Of a DNA stretch of 64,000 bases, positions 32,557 through 45,724 are shown one piece after another; the stretch's first letter is position 1, and the number at the start of each line of letters is the position of its first letter. This DNA is from Minutocellus sp. GHC0000111. Taxonomy: Eukaryota. The notes beneath the pieces were generated by a model. That model had not been told where the DNA came from. It searched no databases and saw only the letters and a list, made by a program, of their open reading frames with translations. Location of the stretch: the NCBI GenBank assembly GCA_977018835.1, contig OZ361258.1, positions 3,038,001 through 3,102,000 of the forward strand. The letters are read 5' to 3'. The translations under genes were made by a program, and so were the position numbers.

Positions 32557-35500
32557 TCACTGCAACAAGTGCCGATGTAGCAAATCCAACTCGTTCTTGG
32601 TAACCGAGATGGGGACGGTCCTGGAGGTCGTCGTACCGGCGCCGGGAACTCGAAGGAGCCCGAGGCGTTCGGATGATGTTCCAGTCTCCCTTTGAACAAT
32701 TGGGGCCATGTTCACAAAGGCATCGCTCGAGGTACCGAGCTTGGCCAGCATTTGGCGTGCAGCACCAGCGGCTTCGTCAAGTCTAAGAACAGGATCAGTA
32801 CTCCGAGCCAACTCTTCTCGCAGTTGGACTCGAGATGATTTGCCGGGCCTGACCTTGGTGAGGTCAACAACTCGGAAGGACGCCTTGGCCAGTCGAGCCT
32901 CGTTATTGGCTAGCGATATTTCTTCGGTAAATCTTTCAACATCGCGAGACATGGATGGAATAGAGACATTGAGCGGGGGAAGATTCATTATTGAGCTCTC
33001 AATTGCCTTGGCTTTCCAGGTAGAGGCATCGGCACGGGCACTCTTGAGAGCCGGACGGAAGAGAGCGGCTTCAAGGGCGACTGTCTTGGCAAGAGAGCCG
33101 GTAGATCCGCTAGTATCGGCTGAAGAGGCCTGGCCGAGCTTGGAAAGACTGGATTGCAAATCAAAGTCGGCTGATCCGCCCTTCTTGGGAGTCTTTTTGG
33201 ATCCTGCGCCTCGTCCCTTGCCGCCCCTGGGATCCTTGAGAGACCTGATCTCGCGTTCGTACTCATCAACCTGGCCGTGGAGGACACCCATGGCCTCGGT
33301 AAGCATTCTATTTTCTTCCTTGAGACTTCGGATCTCGTCCGAAGGGCTGCCCTTGCCCTTCTTGGTTGGAGATCTGGCAGATGCGTCAACGCCAGAAGCC
33401 GCGAGCATTTGTTCCAACTCAGAGAGCCTCGAATTTTGTAACGATATCTCCTTGGATCGAGACACCAGACTCTTCTCCAACCTGGCGACCTTATTCTTCG
33501 CAACTTCGAGCTTTGATTCACTGTCAATGGCCTCGGATAGCTTGCTTTCGATGCCATTGGCTCGAATAATGTAGTTGATATCCTCCTCGTCTCCATTGAC
33601 GATACGGACCTTGCGCACAACGGATGTGACGCCCTTCCACGGATCATCGGCTTCTGGGGATAAGGGGTGGGCCTTCTTGCCTTCTTCGGCGACAACTTTG
33701 GAACTTCGAAGGGATGATGAGACCTTGACGACGCAATGCAGGGCATCGTCGGCTTTAGACTCGGATTCCTTGATGGTCTCCTCAGTGGCGTCCTGTGGTG
33801 AGGAAAGCAAGCGTTTGATCGATTGAATTAGAGACGCCGCCGCATCCTTCCATTCGGTCGAAGAGGATACCAACTCGGCATCAATCTGGCTGTCCACAGG
33901 AAGCCCGGTGAGGACGATGCACGCTTGGGATGACTCAGTACAGGTCTGGTCAAGTTTGGTGAGCAGGGACGAGAGTTTGCGGCAAGTATCTTCGGATGTC
34001 ACCGATCCGTCCTCGGATGAGGCAATAGCGGCAGCTACCGCGGCAGCACTGCCCAAACAATTGAAGCGAGCGCTTGACACATTCTGAAGGAGAGTCCAGC
34101 CTGGCGGTGACCAATCCGATGGAATTAGCACGTCACCACTTTCCGCGTCGGCAGTTGACTCAAGAGTAGAGATGGCGTCGCCGATGGACGTTTCAAGGGG
34201 AACAAGGTTGGACCTGTGAGATGATAGCGTTCCCTCTTCCTTGAGAATGCGAAGCTGTTCGCCGATAGCACCGTCCACGGGAGGCATCGATCGGAGGACA
34301 GCCGCTCCCAATTCGGCCGACCCCTCCTTGGAAAGAAGATCTGGCCATTGTCCGGCAGCAAGAATACGCATGGACTGTGAAGCCGTTTCGATAGCTAAGT
34401 GAGCAAACTTTGTTTCATGAAGTGCATTTACAATCTGCTGCACAGCCTCGTCGGATAATTCAAGTGGTCCATATTGAGCGCTACCTCGAATTTCGGAAGA
34501 AGCCTCGACGCCGGTCTTGATGCTGCTGGAAAGGACAGCTGCCACGCCGGAAAGAGACATTGACGCCTTCGATGCGACCCTGGCAAGCAGGAGCTCTCCC
34601 TTGGCGGCCGATAACTCTGTTGAGACCGCCGAGCTGGGGGGCAGATATGATTCGAGCCGGTTGGAAAGATGCTCACCATACTGAGCATCAATGCGATCAA
34701 ACGCAGCATCGGCCTCTCTCTTGCGGGTCTTGGCAGCATCGGCAACGAGGGTCGCAGCCTTGGCAAGGGCCTTCTGGGACTTGGCAATGAGCGTCGAACG
34801 TTCACCCTCTCCGCCCTCCTGCAGAGCAAGAAGAGCCGTCTTCTCTTGTTGAAGTTTCTCGACCGAAGATCGGTAGTTGGACACAGTTCGTTGGAAGTCT
34901 TCTTCGCGGCGGCGTTGCCTGGATAGCGAACGGAGGTGAAACGAAAAAAATATGATGAGGACGTGAGCTTTCGGAAAGAGCAGTGGTAAAAATTCAAATA
35001 TTTGAGAAACAAAAAATCTCACATTCGTATGGCCTCTTCGAGATTACGAATAACAGTATCTCTTCCCTCCAAATCGAGCATCGTCGCCTTGAGCTCTTCC
35101 GTCTGAACCTCCTCCATTTCAGCCGCAAGCTCCGCGGCTTCTTCCATCTCACGGACGGTCTGCGACAGTCCAACCACGTCATCCTCAAGTGCCATCACAC
35201 GGTCGGACAATTCCTCTACCATGCTCTCAAAGGCAGAGTTCTGATCGATCATCTCCTTGAGCTCGTCTACTTCGCTCTCCAGCGTTGCCTTTGCAGATTT
35301 GGCCTCTTGGACCTCCTTGGTCATCTCGTCCACCTTCTCGGATATCTTTTGTGCGGTGCGAAGTTCCTTGTTGAGCTCCAGCTTTTCGGCATTGGACTGG
35401 TCTCGAAGCTTGATGAGGGCATCGCGCAGACGGCTCTTTTGAATTGCCAGTGTGCGAGAGGTTTCATCCTCCTCGGCACTTCGCTCGGAGGCATTGGCAC

Positions 35501-37298
35501 CCTCCCCGGTACTACCACCTCCACCGGTGGCGGCGGCAACCTCCAGCTCCTCGATGCGGACCCGGGCCTCTTCTAATTCCATCCGAGCCTCCTCGAGCTC
35601 CACCTGCTGCGTTTCGACGTCGATCCGCATCTCCTCCAATGTGTCCTGAAGTGCCCCCTTCTCTTCCGCAAGTGCATCCTTGTCCAACGCCAACTCTTCC
35701 AGTGCCCCCTCGCTCTCCTCTTTCTCCTGCTGCAGCTTGGCCACGGTCCGACGGAGGGTACCGATCTCCCCCTCCAACCGCGCCCGCTCCTTCAGGTGCG
35801 ACTGCTCCGATTGGCCCCGATGGGAGGCAATCGTCGTGGACTTCTCCAACTCCCTCCGCATCTGCGTCACCTCCGCCCGTGCCTCGGTCAGCTCGGCCTC
35901 GACGGCGACGGCATCGTCCTGCCGGGCCCTCTTCTCGGCGTCGAGGGCGTCGTTCAGATCGTCCATCTGGTTCGTCATGTCGGCGAGCCGGCCCTCCAAT
36001 TCGGCCTTGGACTTGCGCTCGGCCTCGACCTGCCGCTCGAGGGAGTCCGTTCTGCTGGTAGCGGACTCGATGGCGGCGTGGGAGTGCTCCACCTGCAGTT
36101 CGAGGATGCGTATATCTTTTTGGGCCTCCTCCAAAGCGGCGTTGGCATTGGTACCAGTACCATCACCCCCACCATCGCCTCCGGCACTCTGCTGCTGCCG
36201 AGCCTCGTCCAGATCGCGCTGCAATGTCTCCACGTCCCCCTGCAACGCCCGTGCCTTTTCCAACGCGTCGTTCATCCGCCCATCGCGTTCCTCGACCGCC
36301 GACCGAAGCTCGTCGACCTCATTCTTCTGGGCGTTGAACTGGGTTTCCAATTGCGAATTCTGGGCCGACGCATCGCGCAGCTGCGACTGGAGTTGGGCCA
36401 GCTGACTTTGGAGGGTGGATATTTGGGATTGGTACTTCGACTCGTCAACGGTTGGTGCAGGGGAGGAAGGAGGTGGTGTTGAGGTATTAGCTGTAGTTGC
36501 CGCTGTCGATGTCGAGGCGGCCTTGGAAGAGGAGGATGCTGTCGCCCTCCTTCTTGCCGCCGCCGGAGAAGAGGACGATACTGCAGCTGCCTCCTTGCCG
36601 GCATCTGCTTTCCCTGCCCTAGTATCGGCAGTCACCTTGGCCTTGGCAGGCGACGATCCAGCGCCACCCTGCTTTCCGGCAACCCGCGCCTCCTTGCTGG
36701 CCTGCAGTGCGGCCCTCTTGGCCCGAATCTCGTCCAGACGGGACCGACCGCCAGCAGCCCCCGACGACGAAGGGGACGTCAATGCCGATCGGCTGCCGGT
36801 TGCAGACGATGCAGCCGAAGTTGAGGCAGAACCGGAAGCAGCAGACTTGGATGCAGACGCCGACGGACGGGGAGAGCGGGCGGCAGTTACTTGCTTTGGA
36901 CTCTTGGCACCACTCGCCACCGAAGCCGAAGTACCTGCAGCTGCAGCCGCCGCACCGCCGCTTCCGGTACCCCCAGCGCCCCGCAGCTCACGCTTCAACC
37001 GCAACTCCTCCAACCGGCTCAGCTCCCGCCTCTGCACCGCGTGCCGCTTCACAAACACCCCGCACTTGCCATGCTGAGTGGTGGAAGCGCCGCAATCAAA
37101 GTACCGCACGCCCTGGACGCTCCCATCGTTCTGTCCTTGGCCGACGCTCGGTCCGGTCAGACGGATGCCGACGTACTCGTCATCGGAGGCGAATTGGACC
37201 GGACCCAGATGGGCGACTATGCCCTGGAGGGGTTCGCCGGAGGTGGAGGAGGTGACCGTGACGGGATCGCACAAAGACAGTTCCTGCGAGGAGGACAT
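32557..37298 (-). CDS. DCTN1: Dynactin subunit 1 (p150Glued); exons 37298-35023 and 34918-32557
   Basis: N-terminal CAP-Gly (GIVAHLGPVQFA..YVGIRL..GQNDGSVQGVRYF..GVFV); LEELALDK..AEE and RLRDALIKLRD, ESMVEELSD dynactin coiled-coil motifs; GT-AG intron 35022-34919 in frame. Confidence 0.92.
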
Positions 37299-37869
37299 GC
37301 TGAGGGTGTTATGATGATGGCACGTTATGTGCTGCTTTTTTTATTTTCGGCGGACGGCCGATCGAGCAACAATTACCGGATCAAGATACGCCGTCCAAAT
37401 CCAAAGATACCGGGGATGAGGGCGCAATGGAAGCAACTAGAGGCGGCGCCCTATGACACTCTGATGGGTTGCCAGTGTGGTCGCTGTTATTGGTCTGGGA
37501 TGGCCAATGGGGATACCAAGCAAGCACGCGCTGCTGGCAGCTGCAGACAAAAATTAGGTGCAGGTGGCGCCTGGGGGCTTTCTAAAACGTGGGTGTAAGG
37601 GGGAATGCCGCCCGAAGTCAAGCAAGTCAGTCGGCCGTCTTTCATGGACCTCGTGAGCTCAAACTACGTTATAAGCCCCAGCTTCACTCTCGAGTACTAC
37701 GATTTCCAAAATATGTAATTCTACTTACGGGGTAGTGAACGCTTCATCCACAACGAGATTCTTCTTCAAACGTTTTCTCGCTGCTGGTGTTGATGGTGTT
37801 GATGGGAAGAGTGGCGATGATGATGAAGAGTCACGCGACTGAGCAGTCTGAGCGTCCTGAATGGACGTA

Positions 37870-38814
37870 CTAGTACTGCTGATAGCGCCCGCCCCCAAAA
37901 CCATCAAATGCATTCTGAAAAGGGGTAAAGTTGTCAGGCCCATACCCGGCATCAAAGATTGCAAATGCCACAATATCAAAGGAATGCTGTCGTAGTTCCA
38001 TCTCCTCGCGATAAATGGCAGCCACCTCCCGACTTGGATTCTGGTAGGCTCCGCATCCAAACGCCGACAAGACGGCATGTCGAACGCCCCCTTCAACCAA
38101 GGTATCCAGCTGGGCTCTAATGCGCCAGCGCATTTCATCTTCGTTAAAGCGTTTGCCACCACGCAGGTCCATAGCCGCCGCACGGAGCTCATAAAAGGGA
38201 AATATTTCATCCTCGGGGAGAAAATCGTAGCCAAGATCAACCCGATCCTTCTCCTCTGGACCGCGGATACATGCGCGTGGATTGCCCACATCAAGGTAAA
38301 CCTCGCCATCTTTGCCTTGCAGAAGTCGACTCATTTGGGGGCTGTAGAGCAGATCGGCATCGAAAGGATCATTGGAAGGAACGACATTCTGCCGATCATC
38401 ACGCCTGATGGAGAAGTGACAGTCCGTGCGCCGAAACATGTTCTCCTCCTGAGCTGGGCAGCCTTCTGTATATCCTCCACCGGGCACATGGGCACTGGCC
38501 ATGTTTAGTACGGCAAACATGGTGCCGTATTCTTTCGTGAGTTGAGATGTCATTTCACCCCAGTCGCTGGACGAAACAATGACTTTGCATATGCCGCTGC
38601 GGTCACCAACACGTGACTGCTGATGCCAGCGTTCCAGGTTGGAGGTGGCGATGCGGCGGTATTTTTGGATTGCGCCGTTTCCCTCAAACGCTCGTATCGT
38701 ATCGAGGAGAACCCTCTGACGCACTTCATTTTGTTCTCCACTATCAGCTGCTGGCATGACCGGCAAAATCCGGCCGAAAGCACTGGCATCCGACTTTTTC
38801 TTCTCAGTGGTCAT
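37870..38814 (-). CDS. Microbial-type poly(ADP-ribose) glycohydrolase (DUF2263/TIGR02452-like macrodomain)
   Basis: AVLNMASAHVPGGGY..G.AQEENMFRRT catalytic GGG-x-QEE loop; LSAFGCGAYQNP; FAIF. No intron. Confidence 0.88.
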   Translation of the reverse strand: MTTEKKKSDASAFGRILPVMPAADSGEQNEVRQRVLLDTIRAFEGNGAIQKYRRIATSNLERWHQQSRVGDRSGICKVIVSSSDWGEMTSQLTKEYGTMFAVLNMASAHVPGGGYTEGCPAQEENMFRRTDCHFSIRRDDRQNVVPSNDPFDADLLYSPQMSRLLQGKDGEVYLDVGNPRACIRGPEEKDRVDLGYDFLPEDEIFPFYELRAAAMDLRGGKRFNEDEMRWRIRAQLDTLVEGGVRHAVLSAFGCGAYQNPSREVAAIYREEMELRQHSFDIVAFAIFDAGYGPDNFTPFQNAFDGFGGGRYQQY

Positions 38815-39373
38815 TATCGTCAGCAGAAGTACAATAATCAATTTGCTTGATCATATTTGTCGCATGTCTCTCGAAATGGTTGGGTGTGGTTCGCTCGTGC
38901 ATCCACCGCCCGCCGCACGCCCGTTCTAGCGTTGCGTTGCGTTCGTTCGTTCAGGGTTTCCCTGCGCTGCGAACCCTTCAAGTGATGCGAAGCATCGAGA
39001 GATCCTTTCGCGACTGCTCATGTTTTACGTAGTTGTACTTCTTCGCCGGCCATCATCTCTAGCTAGTAGGCACGCTGATCCTTGTCGTTTCTGGCCCACT
39101 ACTAGCAATTTTATTGGTAGTGGGCAGTTGGACTCGATACCGTGCCCACGCGCACTCGGGGGCTGAGACTTGGCATCATTGCTCTTGGGGGGCGCGCCGG
39201 CAATCCACCAGCAACGACATTCTTACTTATTTCCATAGGTTGGCCGTCTTCACATACCTCGCCCAGCTTTCGACCCAGCAAAACACCAACGCCTCCGCAA
39301 GCGACCACCAGCACCAAGCAATCAGAGCGGTGAATATCAGGTGAATATCACACTTGATTTCGATTTACATGAC

Positions 39374-40600
39374 ATGACGAGGACCGATGAAGGAACACGG
39401 GCAGGCGTTGCCGGTCGAGCATCTTCACAAGTAGCAATAAATACCCTGCTACTTTTTGTCGGCCTTTTGTTGTCATTATGGTACGCGGGGCAGTTGCTGC
39501 AGGAAATTCAAACGACTCTGACGGCCACAGCCATGGGAGCTGCTCGAGGTGCCAATGCAAACGCTGGCGGTGATGACTCAAGACTGCCCCAAGACCACAG
39601 GAGGTTGCCAATTCCATTGCATGAGCTGACTGCCGACGACCCAAACCTGGTCTGTCCAGAACCGCTAGTTGCTGTCCATGATCGAATAGTTTCTGGCACG
39701 GCAAATACGTCAACTGCAACAAATAACCAGACAAAACCACGGCGGATACCTCGCATAATGCATCTGAGCATGCGCAGCCGATGCATGCCACCTGACCTGG
39801 CTGACACAGTGTTTCGGTGGCAAAAGGCGTTGCCAAACCACGACATTTATTTTCATGACGATGCCGCTATTGAACGGCTCATGAGAGATGATCCGTGGCC
39901 GGAATTTCCTCATCTACTCAAGATATACGACGGGTGCATCCAGGTCAAGGGGGCAGTTATGGTGGATATTTGGCGAATCCTTGTGCTCTACAGATATGGA
40001 GGGTTGTACAGCGACATCGACAACTGGCCATTGCAACCATTTACCGAGGATGAACCTATACAACAAGGCGATTCAGCCATGTTCTTCAGCGATCCATTCA
40101 ACAGGCCCTCTCAATGGTTCATGTCAATGGAACCAAAGCATCCGATTGCTTATTTTTCAATGTTTGAGATACTGAAGAGGATACTGGCTGTAGAAACAAT
40201 TGAGGATTTCAAGCCCGTATTCACCACGGGCCCCGACCCATGCAAGATTGGATACGCAGTTTTTCTCGAAGGGAATGGCGAAAAGTACGAAGAAATATTC
40301 GGCTTGGGGGTACATGTCGCCGCGGAAAGATTTGGGAACCGAACCGTGCGAAAGCTTGGGAGGGAGGGCGGAGAGTATTTGAGAAAACATCTTGGAGATA
40401 CGTTCGATGATATGGTCGACAATACCGACAAGGATGGAAAATCATTCAAGATTACACGAAAAGAAAGATCCGAGAGACAATCAGGGGCATTGCATTGGAA
40501 AAAAATGGTTACAAATCGAAGAGTAGAAGTGGAAAAGCCAGGGGGGCGGTGCCTCGATCTACTCTACAAATTGGATCAAGACACCACCCGGAGAATGTAA
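39374..40600 (+). CDS. GT32 (Och1/SUR1-like, DXD motif) glycosyltransferase, type II membrane protein
   Basis: N-terminal TM helix; RIPRIMH, FHDD, DIWRILVLYRYGGLYSDID, PKHP, TTGP motifs. Confidence 0.88.
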   Translation: MTRTDEGTRAGVAGRASSQVAINTLLLFVGLLLSLWYAGQLLQEIQTTLTATAMGAARGANANAGGDDSRLPQDHRRLPIPLHELTADDPNLVCPEPLVAVHDRIVSGTANTSTATNNQTKPRRIPRIMHLSMRSRCMPPDLADTVFRWQKALPNHDIYFHDDAAIERLMRDDPWPEFPHLLKIYDGCIQVKGAVMVDIWRILVLYRYGGLYSDIDNWPLQPFTEDEPIQQGDSAMFFSDPFNRPSQWFMSMEPKHPIAYFSMFEILKRILAVETIEDFKPVFTTGPDPCKIGYAVFLEGNGEKYEEIFGLGVHVAAERFGNRTVRKLGREGGEYLRKHLGDTFDDMVDNTDKDGKSFKITRKERSERQSGALHWKKMVTNRRVEVEKPGGRCLDLLYKLDQDTTRRM

Positions 40601-40720
40601 CCTCCAACGCCGGTAAGATTCTGTGACGCCATCGCATGTTTATAGCCTGGGAACACTTAGAGTTTTGCACGAAGCTTATTGAAGACAATTGATTGTTCAG
40701 AGGAAAGTGTCGCTCTCTAA

Positions 40721-43700
40721 TTATTTATCTAAAAGCTCAAACACCTGCACTGCTCCTCGCACATCGTCATGATCTCGGGCAGGGGCGCCAATGATGAGCC
40801 GAGTACCATCCGAATTGATATCAAAATTGGCACCGAACTTTTCCCCTTTCCTCATACCCGCGAGTTTCCCACCGACTTGCTTTAGAGACTTGCCATCACT
40901 TATATCAAACACTTTGACATAGCCTGTGTCATCATCTGCCGAGCCGCCTCCGGCAGCTACTCTTGAGCCAGAGTAATCCAAGGCAACGTTCATCATTTGA
41001 TCATTTCTACTCTCCCCAAGGATGATGCTACCGTCGATTGGATTGGGTCTCCAGTCTCCACTTTCGAACGAGAATGCGCCCACGCTACCATTATCCTTTC
41101 CACTTGAACCGTCGGCAAATCTACTTCCGACACCGAGGATGGCGCCAGATGCTGACAGAGCTACGGCTCGCCCAAAGTTGTCCCCTGGCGATCTACCAAG
41201 GATAGGATCGCCGAGAAGCTGATACTGCTCATCATTTTTGTTGTATTGAAACACGCGTACCTGGCCCGAACGCCCTTCATTGTCCCCAGAGTCTTCTGAT
41301 TTTTGCCCTACAGCCAGCGTTTCTCCATCTTCGCTCACGGCACAGGTCCACCCAAACATTCCATCCTTGGTTTCTCCCTTGATGTCATCGATTTGTTGCC
41401 ATGAACTACCTGTTTGTTGATAGATTCGAACAAGACCGCGTTTTTTATTGGCAAACGGCGCACCAATGGCAACAATATCGCCATCAGTGCTTAGGGCGAC
41501 ACAATTGCCAAACTTTTCACCTTCCTCTTGGCCGAGAATTTTACCGATTTCGACCCATTGTCGTTCTGATCGCTGTAGCTCCAAGATCCATACGCGACCT
41601 GTTTTGTTGTCCCGATCTTTGGCAAACATTGCCAGCCGGTCACCATTTTTAGCGAGGACACATTTCACTTCATCACCGTCCTCGAAGCCATATAATGTTT
41701 GCCCTCGTTGTTGAAAGTCTCCATCATTTTTGATGTCGTATACTTTGCAGAATCCACCCTTGTCATATCCCGAGTCACTCGATCTCGAAGCACTCACAAC
41801 AAATCGAGTTCCAGTACTATCGAAAGAAGTGAGGTCACCAAAGTGATCTTTTAGCGTTTCGCCCTCAAGCTCTCCGATTCGCACCCAGCATTTTGAATTG
41901 CCACAAAACTTGGGGGCGGAAGGGGATGATGGTGTCGGCGGCGATCGCGTTGGCATTTGTACTGGGCGTGGCGTTGGTTTGGGCGTCGGTTGAAGCGTAG
42001 GTCTATTTGTTGGGCGTTTCGTAGGACCTGATAAATAAATGCGATGGGGACATTGCAATAAGAAGACGTCAATGTGTAAGGTTATATGTGTGTAAATGAT
42101 AAAAGGCGAAATAGTCAGATAACAAACTTACGCGGAGAGGGCTTCTTCGATGGTCTTGCGCTCGGCGGTCTTGTGGGATGGGGGCTTGGCTTAGGCGTTG
42201 GTCTCAGAGTTGGTTTGCGATTTGGAGCATCTGTTGTAGGCCATGGGACCGGCATTCTTGTGAGCTTATTGGTAGGTCGGCGCGAGGGCGAAGGAGATGG
42301 CTCTTTGGTTTCGCGCACTGGCTTCAAAGTTGGGGCTGGTGCCGAAACACTCGAACCTTCCCCAAGTCGTTTCACTGAAATTAATTCCTTAAAGTAGTCC
42401 AAACCACTTGCTTCCGCATCGCGATTAAGGCTGAGAACAAATTCATCTCCATTACGATCAAAATATCTCACAACATTGTCAGTAAAATCAACAGAATCCG
42501 CGGTTTGGTAGCGAGATGTCGGAACAAAGAGACCGGTAATTTGCACACCAAGCTGGAGCGTATCATCTGCATCTTGTAATCTGCGAGCTTTTTTTCTTCT
42601 CCGACCAGAAACACCCTGATCAAGAACCCGGCAACGAACCCCCTCTACCGGCACACCATTGGCTCGGCTGAACCTATCATTCAAAAGGATGCGCAAGTTT
42701 CTTCAAATGTTCGTTTGGCAGCATCGTCCATCAAACCAATCGTCGGGCTGAGCTCAAGATTGAGCATTGTCTCAACATTGACAATATTCAAACCGCTGCA
42801 GAGAGGATCATCGGGAAAATATCCGCATGAGCTCATCAGGCACTTCTGCGACTTGGGAATATAGTGCTCTTCTCTAACAAACACATGCCCACCAGAGAAC
42901 TCGAGTGTTGGGTCATAACACTCGGGCGCCTTGAAGCATAAGCACACATTGCGCTTGTTTTGATTGGATAAATCAAAGTAAGCGCCACCAACCGCGTCGG
43001 AGCTGGTGCACTGCTCAGCGCATGAGGTTGCGTCAGGGAGATAAAATGCCTCGTAGTAGGAGACATCATCATCTGCCTCGAAGATGTCGTCGCCAATGGA
43101 AGAGAATGATGCGAATGATGCGAATGAGGGAGCGATGAGCCAGCCTTCTTCACTTGGCCAACTCTTTGTATATCCGGCATTGGCAAATGCATTGGCAATG
43201 CCCTCTATAGGTGGTACGATTGTCTCTTCATCTGGATCCGCCGGGACATATGTCCAATCATTATCTCCTCCTTCGCCTTTGCCGATACCATCTTCGTCGC
43301 CAACCGAATCAGTCCCAGCCGCACTGCTCCCAGCGACACTGCGCTTGTTTCTTGTGGAAAGAACACCGCCCAGAATAGCAGCCAAGCCCAGCACAACTGC
43401 TAACAGAGCAAAACAATACGAATACTTGCAGTATTTGGCTCTTCGGCGTCGGGAGCTAGAACTTAAGCTGACCGTCACGAAGGAAAAGGGACCGTTCGTC
43501 GCCGACGGCTCGCCCTGACTGTAATTTTCGGTGATGGACCAACTTGGGCCAATTGTAATTCCATTGCCTTGCTGCTCTTCTTCGTTGGGACGGAAAGCCT
43601 TCGCTCCACCGTTTGGTGTTGGGCTTCCACTTTCGTCGGGTCTGCCATGAGGTGATCTGGCAAAGATGTCAGCTGGGCTGCTTCCACCCTTCTTCTCATA

Positions 43701-44333
43701 CTTCTCAGCGACCCTGGGGTCATATCCGGCATTGTAATTGATGGTAGTGGGATCCATCGTCGGATCGTCTCGGGCAATTGTTGCACTGCCATCAGCCGTG
43801 GTGGTACCCGCCAACGTGTACGTCAATTCGGATATGGTCGTCGTCCCATCTCCACCTCCCACACCCCCGTTGGCGGATATGTTGTTCCCACCGGAGGATG
43901 ATGATGCAGACGACTTCTTGTTGGATCCCTTGGGACTACCGGTGCCTCCACTTCCTTCACTGCAGTTCCGCCCCACCACCATGGGTGGGTATTCAATCAC
44001 TTCTTCTCTGCCTTCACTGACACCAGCTCGGTTGAACTCCTGTCGCTTGACGGTGGTGCTACCGCCATTGGCACGAATGTACTCGGTTGTTCGGGTGTAG
44101 GATCCATCGTATGGCTGATGATAGTCGAGGATGACGCGGTGGGTCGGTCCCAGTGGCGTGGATGTCTCATACAAGGTTGAGAGCGGCGTGGCCGTAGCTC
44201 GACGATGAGGTGCTTTATTATTCTTTTGGCTATTGCCAGTGCCAGCAGTCTCGCTGTCTGATGAGGAGCATGGACCAGCAATAGCGTACGGGTGGTACGA
44301 AAGGCCTGACCAGATGGGAGGACCGTCGTCCAT
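40721..44333 (-). CDS. Single-pass membrane protein with Cys-rich domain, PT repeats and C-terminal FG-GAP (integrin-alpha-like) propeller; frameshift at 42683-42686, intron 42131-42028; may extend to ATG 44593
   Basis: Repeated FGxxVALSxDGxxxAIGAP...GxVxVF units; TM ALLAVVLGLAAILGGVL; adding one T gives ETCASF-LNDRF; intron is in frame. Confidence 0.75.
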
Positions 44334-45146
44334 ACGGTCGTGTGGTGGAATTTAGTCGATTGGATGCCATCGCTGTCGTTCTCTTGGTCACCGTCGCTTT
44401 GATCGTGCTCGCTTTCTCCGTCTGCTGCCTCTAAATCTTCCAGGCTGTCGTGATGTGCGATGGGCGTCGTCGACGTGGTTTTGGTGGTATTGCCATTGCT
44501 CGTCGCGGCGTCACGATCGATGGGACCGAGGGGATTGGCAGGACCAAAGTGACAGTCGTCATCGGGTGATGCGGGGGGATTGTTTGTTGTCATGATGGCA
44601 AAGTTAGTTCTGTTGTTATTGTCGAATAAGTAGCCACAGAAGAATGAGGGTCGAGGGCAGGGGTTCTGTTTCGCCGGCGTATCTGATGTGCTGGAAATGC
44701 TTGAGGATTGGAGAGAGCGGCCACAAAATAGAATGTATATGATACACGCCTCTTCAAACACAACTAATGTGTGCGGTCCAATCCTTGCTTTGCCTCTTGC
44801 CGATCAGCCCTGCATGCTATCAATCGTTCGCTCGTTGATGCAAGATCTCCTCGACAAGAACAGCGGGCCGGCGGGGGGCGTCAGGGCCAATCCCGAAAAG
44901 CTCGGCCGGCTCGTCAAAGTACAGACGCCTGTACTGCACGGAAATGCCGCGCCGCCATCGCCACGCCACATGATGTGCTTCATTTTCACTTGATTTGTTT
45001 GGTTGAACGTATCCTTCGCTCGACAATCCACCCCACATATCATAGGCTTCGCAAGTTTCATTATTGCTTCATTTGCCTGCGCTCCTCTCTCCCCGCTGCT
45101 ACTACGCACGTTTGTTTCCCCGTAATCAGAATCAGTAGCTAACAGA

Positions 45147-45724
45147 ATGCCAGCACCAACCGCCAACAAGCCATCGGCAACCACGTATCGCAATGTCCTG
45201 GCAGCTCTGTCTACCTTTGCTCTGGTTGGTGGGTACTACGCCGCAACACGTCCATCGGGCGTAGGCTGGCGCCTGCCATTCTCCCTCCACCCGCTATTGA
45301 TGACAATTGGATTCGTGGGTTTGATGGGAAGTGCCCACCTGACCAAGAAGCTGGGCGGCTACACCAACACCAAGTTGCATGGATACATGGCCAGCGCTGG
45401 ACTGACGCTGAGCTTTGGTGGATTGTATGCCATCTGGAAAAACAAAGAAAATATGGGCAAGGGGCACATCCAATCCACGCATGCGTATCTGGGCATTGTG
45501 TGCTTGGTTGTTTAGTCCTGCCAGCGTTGGCGGGGTTGGTATTTTTGCATCCCGACTTTGGTGCCGATAAAGGTAACAAGAACTATCGGACGGCGCACAA
45601 GTGGCTAGGACGGTTGTTTACCGCCGGTGGCTGGATCAGCTGCGTTGTGGGGCTGAATCAAATGACGAGCAGTCGGTTGGAAACGGCACTGTTTGCATTG
45701 CCTCTGGTTATATTGGAAAGGTAA
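45147..45724 (+). CDS. Cytochrome b561-domain protein; frameshift near 45500; 3' end uncertain
   Basis: FSLHPLLM, KLHG, HIQSTHAYLG, HKWLGR conserved heme-ligand His motifs, split over ORFs 45147..45515 and 45500..45724. Confidence 0.8.

Noticed and set aside
32708..37598. Several 200-290 aa + strand ORFs opposite DCTN1
   Set aside because: Antisense frames expected from coiled-coil codon bias.
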